NCBI GenBank assembly: GCA_964019425.1
Contig: OZ025783.1
Coordinates: forward strand, 1,302,001 to 1,366,000
Origin: Flectonema sp. DT1601
Taxonomy: Eukaryota
Direction of reading: 5' to 3'
Length of the DNA stretch: 64,000 nucleotides
Shown: positions 45,768 to 56,700 of the stretch, one piece after another
Numbering within the stretch: position 1 is the first letter of the stretch
Layout: every line of letters begins with the position of its first letter
Notes under the pieces: generated by a model
Databases searched by the model: none
The model's input: only the letters and a program-made list of their open reading frames with translations
What the model was told of the DNA's origin: nothing
Translations under genes and position numbers: made by a program

Positions 45768-46790
45768 AGCAAAAGTACTAACACGCATAGGTAGTGTTGG
45801 TTTTTTTTAATAATGTGGTGAATCTTAATTTATAAAAAATAAAATATAGATACGTCAAATGAAAAGGAAGAAAAAAAAATGAAAAAAAAAAACCGTCGTC
45901 GAAGAAAAAAAAAAAAAAAAAAAAAGAGAAGGAAAAAAAAAAATTAATAATGGTACCTGTTCTCGTAGATTTCCTCACTAGCCTTTTTGTTTTCAGCAAG
46001 CTGCATGCTAGCCTTATCCCAACGTTGTTTCGTGGGGGACAGCTCACTCCTTTGCCGAAATGCCCAAAGGTATTTCGGTGTCAGGACATTGATTATCTTT
46101 TTTTTTGTGTGTTTTTTTCTATGCACGAACCGAAACTCAAAAAAAAAAAAAAAAAAAAAAAAAGAGTTGCTTTGTAGATCCAAAGGATATAGTGACTTAT
46201 AAAAAAATATGAATTTCCGTTGTCATATTTGACTACAGAAAAAAGACGACAACGAAATTGAGAAGGTTTTGAAAACTTTTCAAGACATCCACGGTGCTAA
46301 AAATTTGATTTACAAAAAAAAAAAAAAAAAAAAAAAAAGAAGAAGAAGCTTTCCTGTTGTTGTTTCTTTATCAAAGGATTTTGTTTGGAATTTTTTTTAT
46401 TTATTTTTTATGTTCTTTTTATTCACTTTTTTCGAAAGGACCTCTTCACTGTATAACATAACTCTGACGATAACCTTGCGTTGCTTTCTTTTGCCCTCAT
46501 CCCTCTACCTCCCCATTCACCCCCTTTTTCTTTTTATTGTCTTTTATTTTTTAGTTTCTTGTACTCTATATGTGTCCTCCGCTCGGTGGGACCAACGCGA
46601 GCCAACTTATTTGTTTGGATTGTCTCGTTTTTATTATTATAAAAATATTGTTAACTAAAACACTTTTATTACTTACAGGAAAAAAAAATAAAATAATAAT
46701 AATCTATAATCGTCTGTGTAGTAACTGCAAACCCCATTGTTCGTGTGTTTTGTTAATAAAGTATTGCAAAATTTAGTTTTCTTTTTTTTT

Positions 46791-46953
46791 GCATTCAACA
46801 ATTATTGTGAGAACGAAAAAGAAAGTTCGCAGCACACGTTTTTTTTTTTTAGCTTTATCAGTTTAAGTCGGTTCACAGTTTCGTGACACACAAACAAAAC
46901 ATCGCAGTGTTATATTACTATTTTCTGTATACTTTAAGATGAAAGCCAATTTC
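46791..46953 (+). mobile_element. Short dispersed element D, most complete copy
   Basis: gcattcaaca...gcagcacacgt...tttagctttatcagtttaagtcggttcac...gatgaaagcc, flanked by T runs. Confidence 0.75.
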
Positions 46954-46986
46954 ATTTTTTTTTTTATAGTAAAATCGAATTCACAA

Positions 46987-47628
46987 ATGGTTCGCAGGGA
47001 TTCTGACGGATTTGAAATACCTGAACCTTCAAAAAATAAAAAAAAAAATAAAAAAAATAAACATTGTGAAGCCACCAACGAACATCAAAGCAAACGACAA
47101 CAACAACAGATTGAGGAAAAATATAAAAAATACAGTCAAAACTTTGACATTAATTATGTACCAGTACCGCTGCATTGGGATATTGATAAAGAAGACTACT
47201 TCACGACCTTGATGTTATCGAAACAGTATCTCAAACACAAATCTGATTTTATAATCAAAATTAAAGCAGACTATTTATTTCACAGAGAGGTTATATCTGC
47301 TGCTAAGGAAGTGTTACAACGTAATGATCTTTTTAAAGAGAATCTGAATGAGCATATTGCACTATTAGAAATACTTGTTGAAATCGGAGGTGTCGTTTCA
47401 TCCGAAATATTGCAAGTGGCTCCTCAGTTGGTTGCTAGCATGATTTGTAATGTTACTGACAATGATTGTTTACAAACATTAATGTCACTGTTGGCAGTGA
47501 AAATTCGACCACATGTTCCATCAGTAGCACATTGGAAATGTATTCTTCACCCGATTTCAAATCGGGTTTGTCATTCATCTGATAATGATTATCAGCCTCA
47601 AACTGGTGACCTTTCTGAATTGAAATAA
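46987..47628 (+). CDS. Hypothetical helical protein
   Basis: 213-aa ORF from ATG 46987; the upstream in-frame ATG lies inside element D. Confidence 0.65.
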   Translation: MVRRDSDGFEIPEPSKNKKKNKKNKHCEATNEHQSKRQQQQIEEKYKKYSQNFDINYVPVPLHWDIDKEDYFTTLMLSKQYLKHKSDFIIKIKADYLFHREVISAAKEVLQRNDLFKENLNEHIALLEILVEIGGVVSSEILQVAPQLVASMICNVTDNDCLQTLMSLLAVKIRPHVPSVAHWKCILHPISNRVCHSSDNDYQPQTGDLSELK

Positions 47629-47781
47629 TTATTTTTTAATGAAAATCTCATTTGTTTTGTTTACTTTCTTACTCAAACCACACCATCTACTTTCTAAACA
47701 TTGGTCCTGTCTATCTGTTTATTTTATTTAATAAAATTATTTTGATTCAGACCCAACACACCATATGAAGACATTCCAACT

Positions 47782-50132
47782 ATGAGTATGTCACGTAGCA
47801 AGCTGTGGATTCTAACAGTTGAATGTATTTCTACGTTCAACCAGTTGATTCATTCAGTTGATTCTCATGCTGTTGATTATATCAATTCACTTACTCCAAA
47901 ACTTGATGATGATGAGACAGACTTTTTAAAACAAGTCTTCTATGGTGTTACCAGATACAGAACAACTTTAGAAACAGTCGTAAACAAGTATGCTTCAGTG
48001 ATGAAGAGAATGACTGATAATCAAGTTTCTCTTTTGATGATGACATATTTAGCATTGTTCCGAATTGAAGAATTAGGATTGACGAAATATAAATCTCTCA
48101 TAAACGGTAGTGGTAGTCACACTAGGACAGCTGAATTTCTTACTTTTATATACACACCTGGTAACGCAGAGCAGTACTTCGTCCCGCAATGGAAAACTCA
48201 ATTTGATGATGCCTATGTACAAGATGTGTTAGTAAAGTCAATTTCAACACGAATGGATGATTTTCTATCTCTGGCTGAATCACTGCAGCAAATGGCAACC
48301 GGACTTGAAACACTAAAACAACAACAGATAGGAGGAGGAAGATCTTTTAGTGCAACGAAAACAACTCAAATTCCGTTTAAATTATCACAACCAAAAGAGA
48401 GAAAACAAAATGAACCCTCACCAAGGACAACACAGTTGGTAGGCGGGAGTAAAGTTTATAAAAGATTAGTTGATGACGTGTCTGAAGAAAAGAAGAATGC
48501 GATTCAAGCTTATAAATATAAAGTACAAGTGTCGTCACTTCCTAAAATCGTGCAGGATGAGAATCGTCGTCGAGAAGCTAGTATCCCAAGTCGACCACCG
48601 GCTCTTAGCACAGCTTCTCGATCAGCTCTACTTAGTAATCGTCCTGTGGTTGATTCAGATGTAAAAAGTGAAGTTAAAACTGTTCCTTGTATGAGCCCTG
48701 CTAGAGTCCGAAAGCTAATGTCGCAAGAACCGGTTGAAAAACCGAAGTTAACAAACGCTGCCCTACTCCGAGAAGAGGCAGTCTTTACGAAGAAGGTCAC
48801 AGAAGAGGAGGCAATTTTAAAACGAAAAGTCGTCGAAATGAGAGATGACACAGAATTCAAGAACTGGCAGCAAGCGATGCAAGAAAAAGATGATATCGCG
48901 AAAAAGAAAGCAATCGCACAGCGAAAAGTAGAAATGATGCTCGCGGATGAAGAAGGCAGAGTTGCTAGGAAGAAAGAAGAACAACGCAAAGCAAGAGAGG
49001 CAACTGTGATCAAATCGGAAATAGATGAATCCTTGCAGCGATTAAATCTTCAAAAAGCAAGAGAGCTCGACAACAGTCGTCACTATGTCAAAACTCAAAC
49101 TGAAACGAACGAAGCCAACCTTTCTCGAGCAAAATCAAAAATGCTCGAGAAACGAGTAACGAATGCCCGTTCAGTCAAAGAAGAAGACATGCTACTCGAA
49201 TTGAAAGCCGCTGAGCGTCTAGAATTAGACCTCCAACGTAAGAGCAGAGCAATTAAAGAGCGAAAAGTAGAATCTGAGAACCGACCAGTTCATAAAAAGC
49301 AATTCGATCCCGACACTACGATGGGATTTGGAACTTTAAACGAAATGTCCCTAACACAATTACAACACAGTTTAATATCAACAAGAAAGGCTCAGATCAA
49401 TCACCTTGATTCTAAGCATGCTTGTATTGAACAAGAGCGATGCAATCAAAAAGAAAAGCACGCTGGTAGACTTTCTTCTATACTTCAGAGACGGAGTGCT
49501 ATCAGACAAATTGCAGCTGTAAATAGACAGGTTCAACAACAGCAATTGCAACAAGCAAAAGATAAACAAGAGAAGAAGGAAAAGATTCAGTTGCAGGCAT
49601 TGCAAGCAAAACTTCAAGAAAAGAGAGAAAATCGAATATTTGAGGAAGAGCAGAGGAGAGATGGTGAACGTAAACGCCGACTAGAACAACAGCTACGCTC
49701 AGCTGATGGAGGAGCCATCGAATATAAAAAATGGTCAGAGATGGAACGAGGACAGCAGAATACATCAAAACTCAGGCAACTGAAATCAATCAAATCTCTT
49801 AAGGTCGATCAGTCTACAACTCAAAAAGAAAATCGCCAAAGATCTATTTGGGCTGATGCGCAAAACTCTGCAAGAGTTGAATTCTTATCAAAACAAGATG
49901 AAGAATTCAACAGTCAGCGTCAACATCGTCTCAGAATACAAGAATCTGAAAAATTAGCCGTCACGTCAACTGCAGCCACAGAGGTATGACAATATGCATC
50001 GTGTTGATTTTCTTTTTTGTTTGGTAGCGACCAATACTCATAGCTAAAAAACAACAACAGCTTTCTGAGCGGAAGACCCGTCGCACCCTAAAAAACACCC
50101 ACGAAGCTGTCGATGCTATTGCTACGCTTTGA
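47782..50132 (+). CDS. CFAP99: Cilia- and flagella-associated protein 99-like; probable intron 49984-50060
   Basis: FLKQVFYGVTRY, YLALFRIEELG, PFKLSQPK, NAALLREE, RDDTEFKNWQ, LNEMSL. gtatga..acaacag intron gives the last exon LSERKTRRTLKNTHEAVDAIATL*. Confidence 0.8.
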
Positions 50133-50519
50133 TTACTTCTCTAGAGTTGAAAGTCTCAATGGAATACTCTTTATTATGCATCTGTGGTGGTTTCCATCAC
50201 CCTGTTCATGCGTGTCGTTGTTCTTAAGGTTGTTATTTCTGATGGAGGCAGTCACTACCCTCTGTGTCGTTCTTTGAATGCTACCGAGAGGCAGCTTATA
50301 GTTATCTGTTATTATTTATTATTTATTATTTTATTTTGTTTTTTTTTTGTACACACTATTGTTTCTGTTGGAAAAAAAAAAAAAAGAAAGAAAATTCAGT
50401 TTTTTTTTTAATTTCTATTATATATTTTTATTGTGTTTTTTTGAAAAAGGAATATTTTGTTCTTCTCTCCTCTCTTTAAATTTTATTAAATTTGTTCATT
50501 AAAGGAACCTTATTACAAT

Positions 50520-51209
50520 ATGGCTCGCGCCACAGATGAACAGTTAGAGATGTGTGACTATCCAAGAGAGAGATACCTCGCTGATGATGACGAACACAGA
50601 AAGGCATTCGCCCCCGACACGTTCCAAGAAAACTTTGATAAAAAATATGATGACGGTGAGCTAGTCCACACCGAGGGTAAATTACAAATTGGAGACGACG
50701 CTCCTAACCCGATGGTTTGGTTCCTTCAGGATGAAACTAACAATGCCTGCGAAGCTCAACTTTTGAGTAAGATTGCAGACAAGCAATTACTCGTTCTCGA
50801 TTTTGGATCATTCAGTTGATTGCCGTGGAGGGAGAAGCTTCCCGTTATGCGTCAGGTAATGGGAACCTTCTCCGCGTTTGTTGTTCATCAAAAAGTCTAC
50901 GTATCTGAAGCTCATCCTCTTGATGGTTGGGCAATGTACGGAGACATCGACTACAACCAACCAACATCAATTGAAGAACGTATTAATGCAGCATGCAACT
51001 TAAAGTCTGAAGACAAAAAGAACCTTATGATTGATAACATGAGAGATGAAGCCGAGAGAGCTTACTCTGCCCACCCGGAACGTCTATTTGTTGTTGACAG
51101 AGCTGGAAAGCTTGTGTACAAAGGAGGTATGGGTCCAGATGACTACAACCCAATAGAGCTTAAAAAGTTTCTTATTCAAAAACTTGTTGAGCTTGAGGAA
51201 GAAGACTAA
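50520..51209 (+). CDS. Iodothyronine deiodinase-like selenoprotein (in-frame TGA 50817-50819 = Sec), 229 aa
   Basis: Two abutting in-frame ORFs: GDDAPN...LVLDFGSFS-TGA-LPW aligns to DIO LVLNFGSCTUPPF; also YVSEAHPLDGW, DNM, AYSAHPERL, YKGGMGP. Confidence 0.9.
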
Positions 51210-51324
51210 TTCTTTAGCTCAAACACACACACAACGATTTTTCAACCACCCAGGACGGTTGTCTCTTTTTTTTTTCTTCTTTTCTTTCTCCTTTGTCCCT
51301 GCTACACTTCACTTCATGCTACAC

Positions 51325-51386
51325 CAACAGGTATTTGACGATGTTCCTCCGTGCAGCATACCGGGGTAACATAGTCACACTGCTTG
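51325..51386 (+). promoter_or_regulatory. 3'UTR stem-loop, candidate non-canonical SECIS
   Basis: Pairings caa/ttg, cag/ctg, tgac/gtca, G.A, atgtt/aacat, ctccg/cgggg; lacks the canonical UGA/GA quartet and apical AA. Confidence 0.3.
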
Positions 51387-51396
51387 AAAAAGGCAA

Positions 51397-51430
<34 letters not shown>

Positions 51431-52223
51431 TGCACTAACAAAATAGTAACTCTCCTTTATGGAATGCTTCTTTCATTCCGTTGGCGTGAAGAGTTGCGAT
51501 GTTTTCGTGTTTGTGTGAATTACCACCTCGTAATTAAGTTAAGTTTTTGTTAGTCATTATTTTCAGTGATACTGGCTTCAATCTACTTGAACTAAAAAAA
51601 AAAAAGAAGTGATTTTAAGCACGAATGAAGCATTACACTCTTCATCGGCCTACATATATGCAATAAGGGCATCTGTATTGGCTTCATTTTTTTTTAAAAT
51701 TTTTTTTTAAAAATTATTTTGTTATTGTGTAACAAAAAAAAAATAAGTATACTTTGTGACTACCGTGTTCAGGTCAGCCTGAGACAGCTCGTTTGCTCGA
51801 TTAACAGTCTCTTCACGCCTTAATTAAAGCTATTTAAGAATACACTCATTCAGGTAATTCGAATAAAGCTGTTGAAGAAATGTGACGTAGAAATACTAAT
51901 GTACGATACCTCCCTAACCACCTTGATGTGTACGGGACAACTCTGTTTACCTTCTACTGATTTCTTAAGAGGGTGATTGCTTTACCCTTCTGAGTGAGTG
52001 TTTTTCTTTTTTTAGATTTTGTTTATAATAGGCATTCTATGTTGTCATTCACTTTTTTTTTTTTTTTTGGTAAAAACAAACTTTTTTTTTAAATACAGAA
52101 TTGAGAAATAGAGCAAATGATGTGAATTATTATTTGATAAGTTTTGTGGTGTATTCTTATTAACGTTTTATTTATTATTATTCCATCAGATTGCACTCAA
52201 AAAACACACAAAAACTAACTAAA

Positions 52224-52667
52224 ATGCAAAGCACCGCATCACTTAACGTAAGAGGAGGATTGTGGGGAGCTTGCTTTTTTTCACACGCGCCAAGCAGATG
52301 GCCTGAAACCGTTGATAACAGTGAGAGTGATGGATGTGAAGACAGCGTTGCTACCACAGCACCACACAGTAGCTGTGGAGACCCGGAAATGCCAGAACTT
52401 CTTGACGAGGATAGTGACGATGAAGAGCGTGAACCATGTAACCACAATGTTTGGGATAACTTGAGAACAAAAAGAGAGGTCGTATCGCTCCGTTGCCGAG
52501 TGTGCTCATCACAATGGAAAGCACCACTCGACTATCTTCGAGAAAGGAAATGTCAACATTTCGTCAAGACGTGTCCCATTGAAGGTTGTACAAGAATGCA
52601 CATCTTTAAATATAAGCTTCCTGCAAAAACTCGCACGAAGCTTTTAAAACAGCAACATTTGGAATGA
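52224..52667 (+). CDS. Small zinc-finger protein (CxHNxWDN...LRCRxC plus CCCH-like)
   Basis: PCNHNVWDNLRTKREVVSLRCRVCSSQWK and CQHFVKTCPIEGCTRMH. Confidence 0.75.
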   Translation: MQSTASLNVRGGLWGACFFSHAPSRWPETVDNSESDGCEDSVATTAPHSSCGDPEMPELLDEDSDDEEREPCNHNVWDNLRTKREVVSLRCRVCSSQWKAPLDYLRERKCQHFVKTCPIEGCTRMHIFKYKLPAKTRTKLLKQQHLE

Positions 52668-52943
52668 AAAGAAAGTCGAACATATTCACATACAACGCTT
52701 GTGATTAATGTTTTAGTTACTTTAGATTAGTGTTTGCTGTTTATTCGTCCATCCCTTTTCCTTTAGTGTTATTGGTTTTCAATTCACATCAAATTGCTTG
52801 TGCTCCGAAGAAAAGCCTCAGAACGAAAAGAAGAAACAAAAAAAAAAAAAAAAAACATTTACATAGACAAGAAAAAAAAAAAAAAAAAAAAAAAAAAGGA
52901 AGAAAAAAAAATAGCCCATAGTCGTGAGTAGTCGATTCTCGCG

Positions 52944-52988
<45 letters not shown>

Positions 52989-53739
52989 ATTTTTATTTTT
53001 ATCGTAAAGAGAGATATTTTGTTTTTTCGGGTAACAGTACTTAGTGTTGACTAGTGTCACGTTCTGGGTAGAGCGTCGTATCCGATTTGCGATTCAAAAA
53101 CCTTGTGTCAGGTTATATGTGATGGTTAGTTTAGGGTATCGACATCGTTTCGTTTGGTAGCTGCTTATCAGATGAATGCTTCAAGTCCCTAGTGCTGTAG
53201 ACGGCAATAGGAGATATTTAACTGAGTTGAACGTCACCAGATTGATTCATGGTCATAGAGAGAAAATGCTATTAGCTAGCTCACATACGCTCGACACATG
53301 TGTTTTTTGAAAAAAATTCTTCGTTACAGAATCCATAAGGGTTTTTAAGAAAACCCTTTGTTACTCAGAATACAAGATATCAATTTAACCCTGCATTCCT
53401 TGATATATGTTGTATTTAAATTAAAAAAAAAAAAAAACACAAAACAAAAAACATAAAACAAAAAAAAAAAAACCAAAAAAAAAAAAAAAAAAAAAAAAAA
53501 CACAAGTTAGAAATAAGCGAATGACAGTTGTCGAATGCATTCACTTCTGTTCTTCTGCTTAAATCTACGAACACGTACATGCACTACTTGAGGTACCTTG
53601 ATCGTTTTTCTTTTTTTTTTTCTTTTTTTTTTTTTTATACTTATTAGTCTGGTAACAACTAGGCTATAAAAAAAAATAATAGTGTGGGTTACCCAGACCC
53701 CTTGCAGTTCATCGGTTCTTCGATTTAGTTAACTAACTA

Positions 53740-56700
53740 AAAATATTGTTTTCAAACGGAAACACAACATTGTGTTGTGCAGAAAGGTGTAGCTGTTCTA
53801 TGGAGCAGGAAGGGTGGGTTTTTCACTCCACTCGGCAAAATAGAAATAGCAAAATAAAAAAAAAAAAAAATAAAAACATTATGCCTAATAGTCTGCCAGC
53901 TTGATATTGTATGCCCGTAAGGAAAAAAAAAAAAAAAAAACACTCATTTATTCGTATTCATTTTAAAATATTTTATTATTTCCTCTCCTTGTTGGCAACG
54001 TTGCTGGCGATGAAGCGCAGTTAAGGTTCTTTGTGCTGTGTCTATCAGTACAGAGACTGCTGTTTCAGTTGTTGGTGTTTGCTTTTTTCTTCACCCCTTT
54101 TTCTTTTGTTAGTCTACGAAGAGAGCATTGTTATGCAACCATATTATAAATAATAGGAGTAAGAACAGATCCACTCGTTACTTGAGTGGAGTTCTTATTT
54201 CTTAAATAAATAAATAAAAAAAAAACAATGCATTCAGCATAGCTGCTCTGTTCTACATTTCCAGGACGTATCCACTAGAAAGTAATAGATTCTTTTCTTT
54301 CAATATTTTATTAGTAACAAAGAGACGATTTGGTGACTCATATTTTATTGTTTGAGTAGAGTTACTCGATAGTAAGGTTCTGACTGGTCTGCATTATCTG
54401 CATACGTAACAAACTCATATTCTAGCTGAAATAATATTTCAAACGGAAACGCGATATTGTGCTGTGGAGAAAGGTGTAAGCTATTCTGTGGAGCGCAAGA
54501 AAGGGTGGGTATTCTTTCTCTCCACTCGGCAACACGGAAATAGCAAATATATACCTAACATTCTGCCAGCGAATACTGTATCTGTATTCATTTAAAATAT
54601 TTTATTATTTCCTCTCTTTGTTTGCAACGTTGCTGACGATGAAGCGCAGTTAAGGTTCTTTGTGCTGTGTCTATCAGTACAGAGACTGCCGTTTCATTTG
54701 TTGGCGTTTGCTTTTTTCACCCCTTTTTCTTTTTATTTCCTGCTTGCTACCCGCAAGCGAATTTGTTTTAATCCGAAGAGAGCATTGTTATGCAACCCGT
54801 ATTATAAATAATAGAAATAAGAACAGATCCACTCGTTACTTGAGTGGAGTTCTTATTTTGAAATTCAGCATAGCTGCTCTGTTCTACATTTCCAGGACGT
54901 ATCCACTAGAAAGTAATAGATTCTTTTCTTTCAATATTTTATTAGTAACAAAGAGACGATTTGGTGACTCATATTTTATTGTTTGAGTAGAGTTACTCGA
55001 TAGTAAGGTTCTGACTGGTCTGCATTATCTGCATACGTAACAAACTCATATTCTAGCTGAAATAATATTTCAAACGGAAACACGATATTGTGTTGTGCAG
55101 AAAGGTGTAAGCTATTCTATGGAGCGCAAGAAAGAGTGGTTTTTCACTCCACTCGGCTACATGGAAATAGCAAAAAAAAAAAAAAAAAAACATTACGCCT
55201 AAGATTCTGCCAGCTGATACCGTATCCGTAAGGAACAAACCATTCATTCACTTATTCATTTATTCCTCTCCTTGTTGGCAGCGTTGCTGGCGATGAAGCG
55301 CAGTTAAAGTTCTTTGTGCTGTGTCTATCAGTACAGAGACTGCCGTTCGTTGGCGTTTGCCTTTTCCCCCTAATTCCGTTATTTTCTTGCTTCGCAAGTG
55401 AATATTATTTTAGTTCACGAAAGAGAGTTATTGTGCAACCCATATTATAAATAATAGGAGTAAGAACAGATCCACTCATTACTTGAGTGGAGTTCTTATT
55501 TCTTAAATAAATAAATAAATCAATTTAAAAAAACAATGCATTCAGCATAGCTGCTCTGTTCTACATTTCCAGGACGTATCCACTAGAAAGTAATAGATTC
55601 TTTTCTTTCAATATTTTATTAGTAACAAAGAGACGATTTGGTGACTCATATTTTATTGTTTGAGTAGAGTTACTCGATAGTAAGGTTCTGACTGGTCTGC
55701 ATTATCTGCATACGTAACAAACTCAATTAGTAGCTGAAATAATATTTCAAACGGAAACGCGATATTGTGCTGTGCAGAAAGATGTAAGCTATTCTGTGGA
55801 GCGCAAGAAAGAGTGAGTTTTTCACTCCACTCGGCTACATGGAAATAGCAAAAAAAAAAAAAAAAAACATTACGCCTAAGATTCTGCCAGCTGATAATGT
55901 GTCTGTACTCATTTAAAATATTTATTCCTCTCCTTGTTGGCAACGTTGCTAACGATGAAGCGCAGTTAAGGTTTTTTGTGCTGCGGATATCCCATTCTCA
56001 GTACGGAGACTGCTGTTTCGTTGGCGTTAGCCTTTCCCCCTTTTCTTCCGTTATTTCCGCCTTGCTACCCGCAAGTAAATCTTGTTTTAGTCCGAAGAAA
56101 GCGTATTAGTTATGCAACCCATATTATAAATAATAGGAGTAAGAACAGATCCACTCGTTACTTGAGTGGAGTTCTTATTTCTTAAATCTGTAATAAGAAA
56201 AAACAATGCATTCAGCATAGCTGCTCTGTTCTACATTTCCAGGACGTATCCACTAGAAAGTAATAGATTCTTTTCTTTCAATATTTTATTAGTAACAAAG
56301 AGACGATTTGGTGACTCATATTTTATTGTTTGAGTAGAGTTACTCGATAGTAAGGTTCTGACTGGTCTGCATTATCTGCATACGTAACAAACTCATATTC
56401 TAGCTGAAATAATTTTTCAAACGGAAACACGATATTGTGTTGTGTAGAAGGGTGTAAGCTATTCTGTGGAGCAAAATAGGGTGGATATTTTTTCCCTCCA
56501 CTCGGCAAAATGGAAATAGCAAAAAAAAAAAAAAAAACATTACGCCTAAGATTCTGCCAGCTGATACCGTATCCGTAAGGAACAAAACATTCACTTATTC
56601 ATTTATTCCTCTCTTTGTTGGCAACGTTGCTGACGACGAAGCGCAGTTAAGGTTCTTTGTGCTGTGTCTATCAGTACAGAGACTGCCGTTTCATTTGTTG

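Noticed and set aside
46987..47628. PACRG-like assignment
   Set aside because: Only faint resemblance (W.I...DY, PQL); not enough to name it.
50817..50819. Genome-wide TGA reassignment or a nonsense pseudogene
   Set aside because: TGA terminates the kinesin, WD40, cyclin and zinc-finger genes; this TGA sits exactly at the family's Sec site.
51609..51690. Canonical SECIS at gtgat..aa..tgaag/cttca or atgaagc/gcttcat
   Set aside because: No 3' GA to form the tandem G.A quartet, and helix II pairs poorly.
54233..54416. Array core as a repeated coding exon (minus frame RPVRTLL...YVLEM*, or + frame AFSIAALF...)
   Set aside because: No synonymous variation, conservation continues past the stop, and copy 7 gains stops in both frames.
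54416..54430. Helitron 3' end (CTAG) at array unit junctions
   Set aside because: CTAG is not kept in all units and no strong subterminal GC hairpin precedes it.
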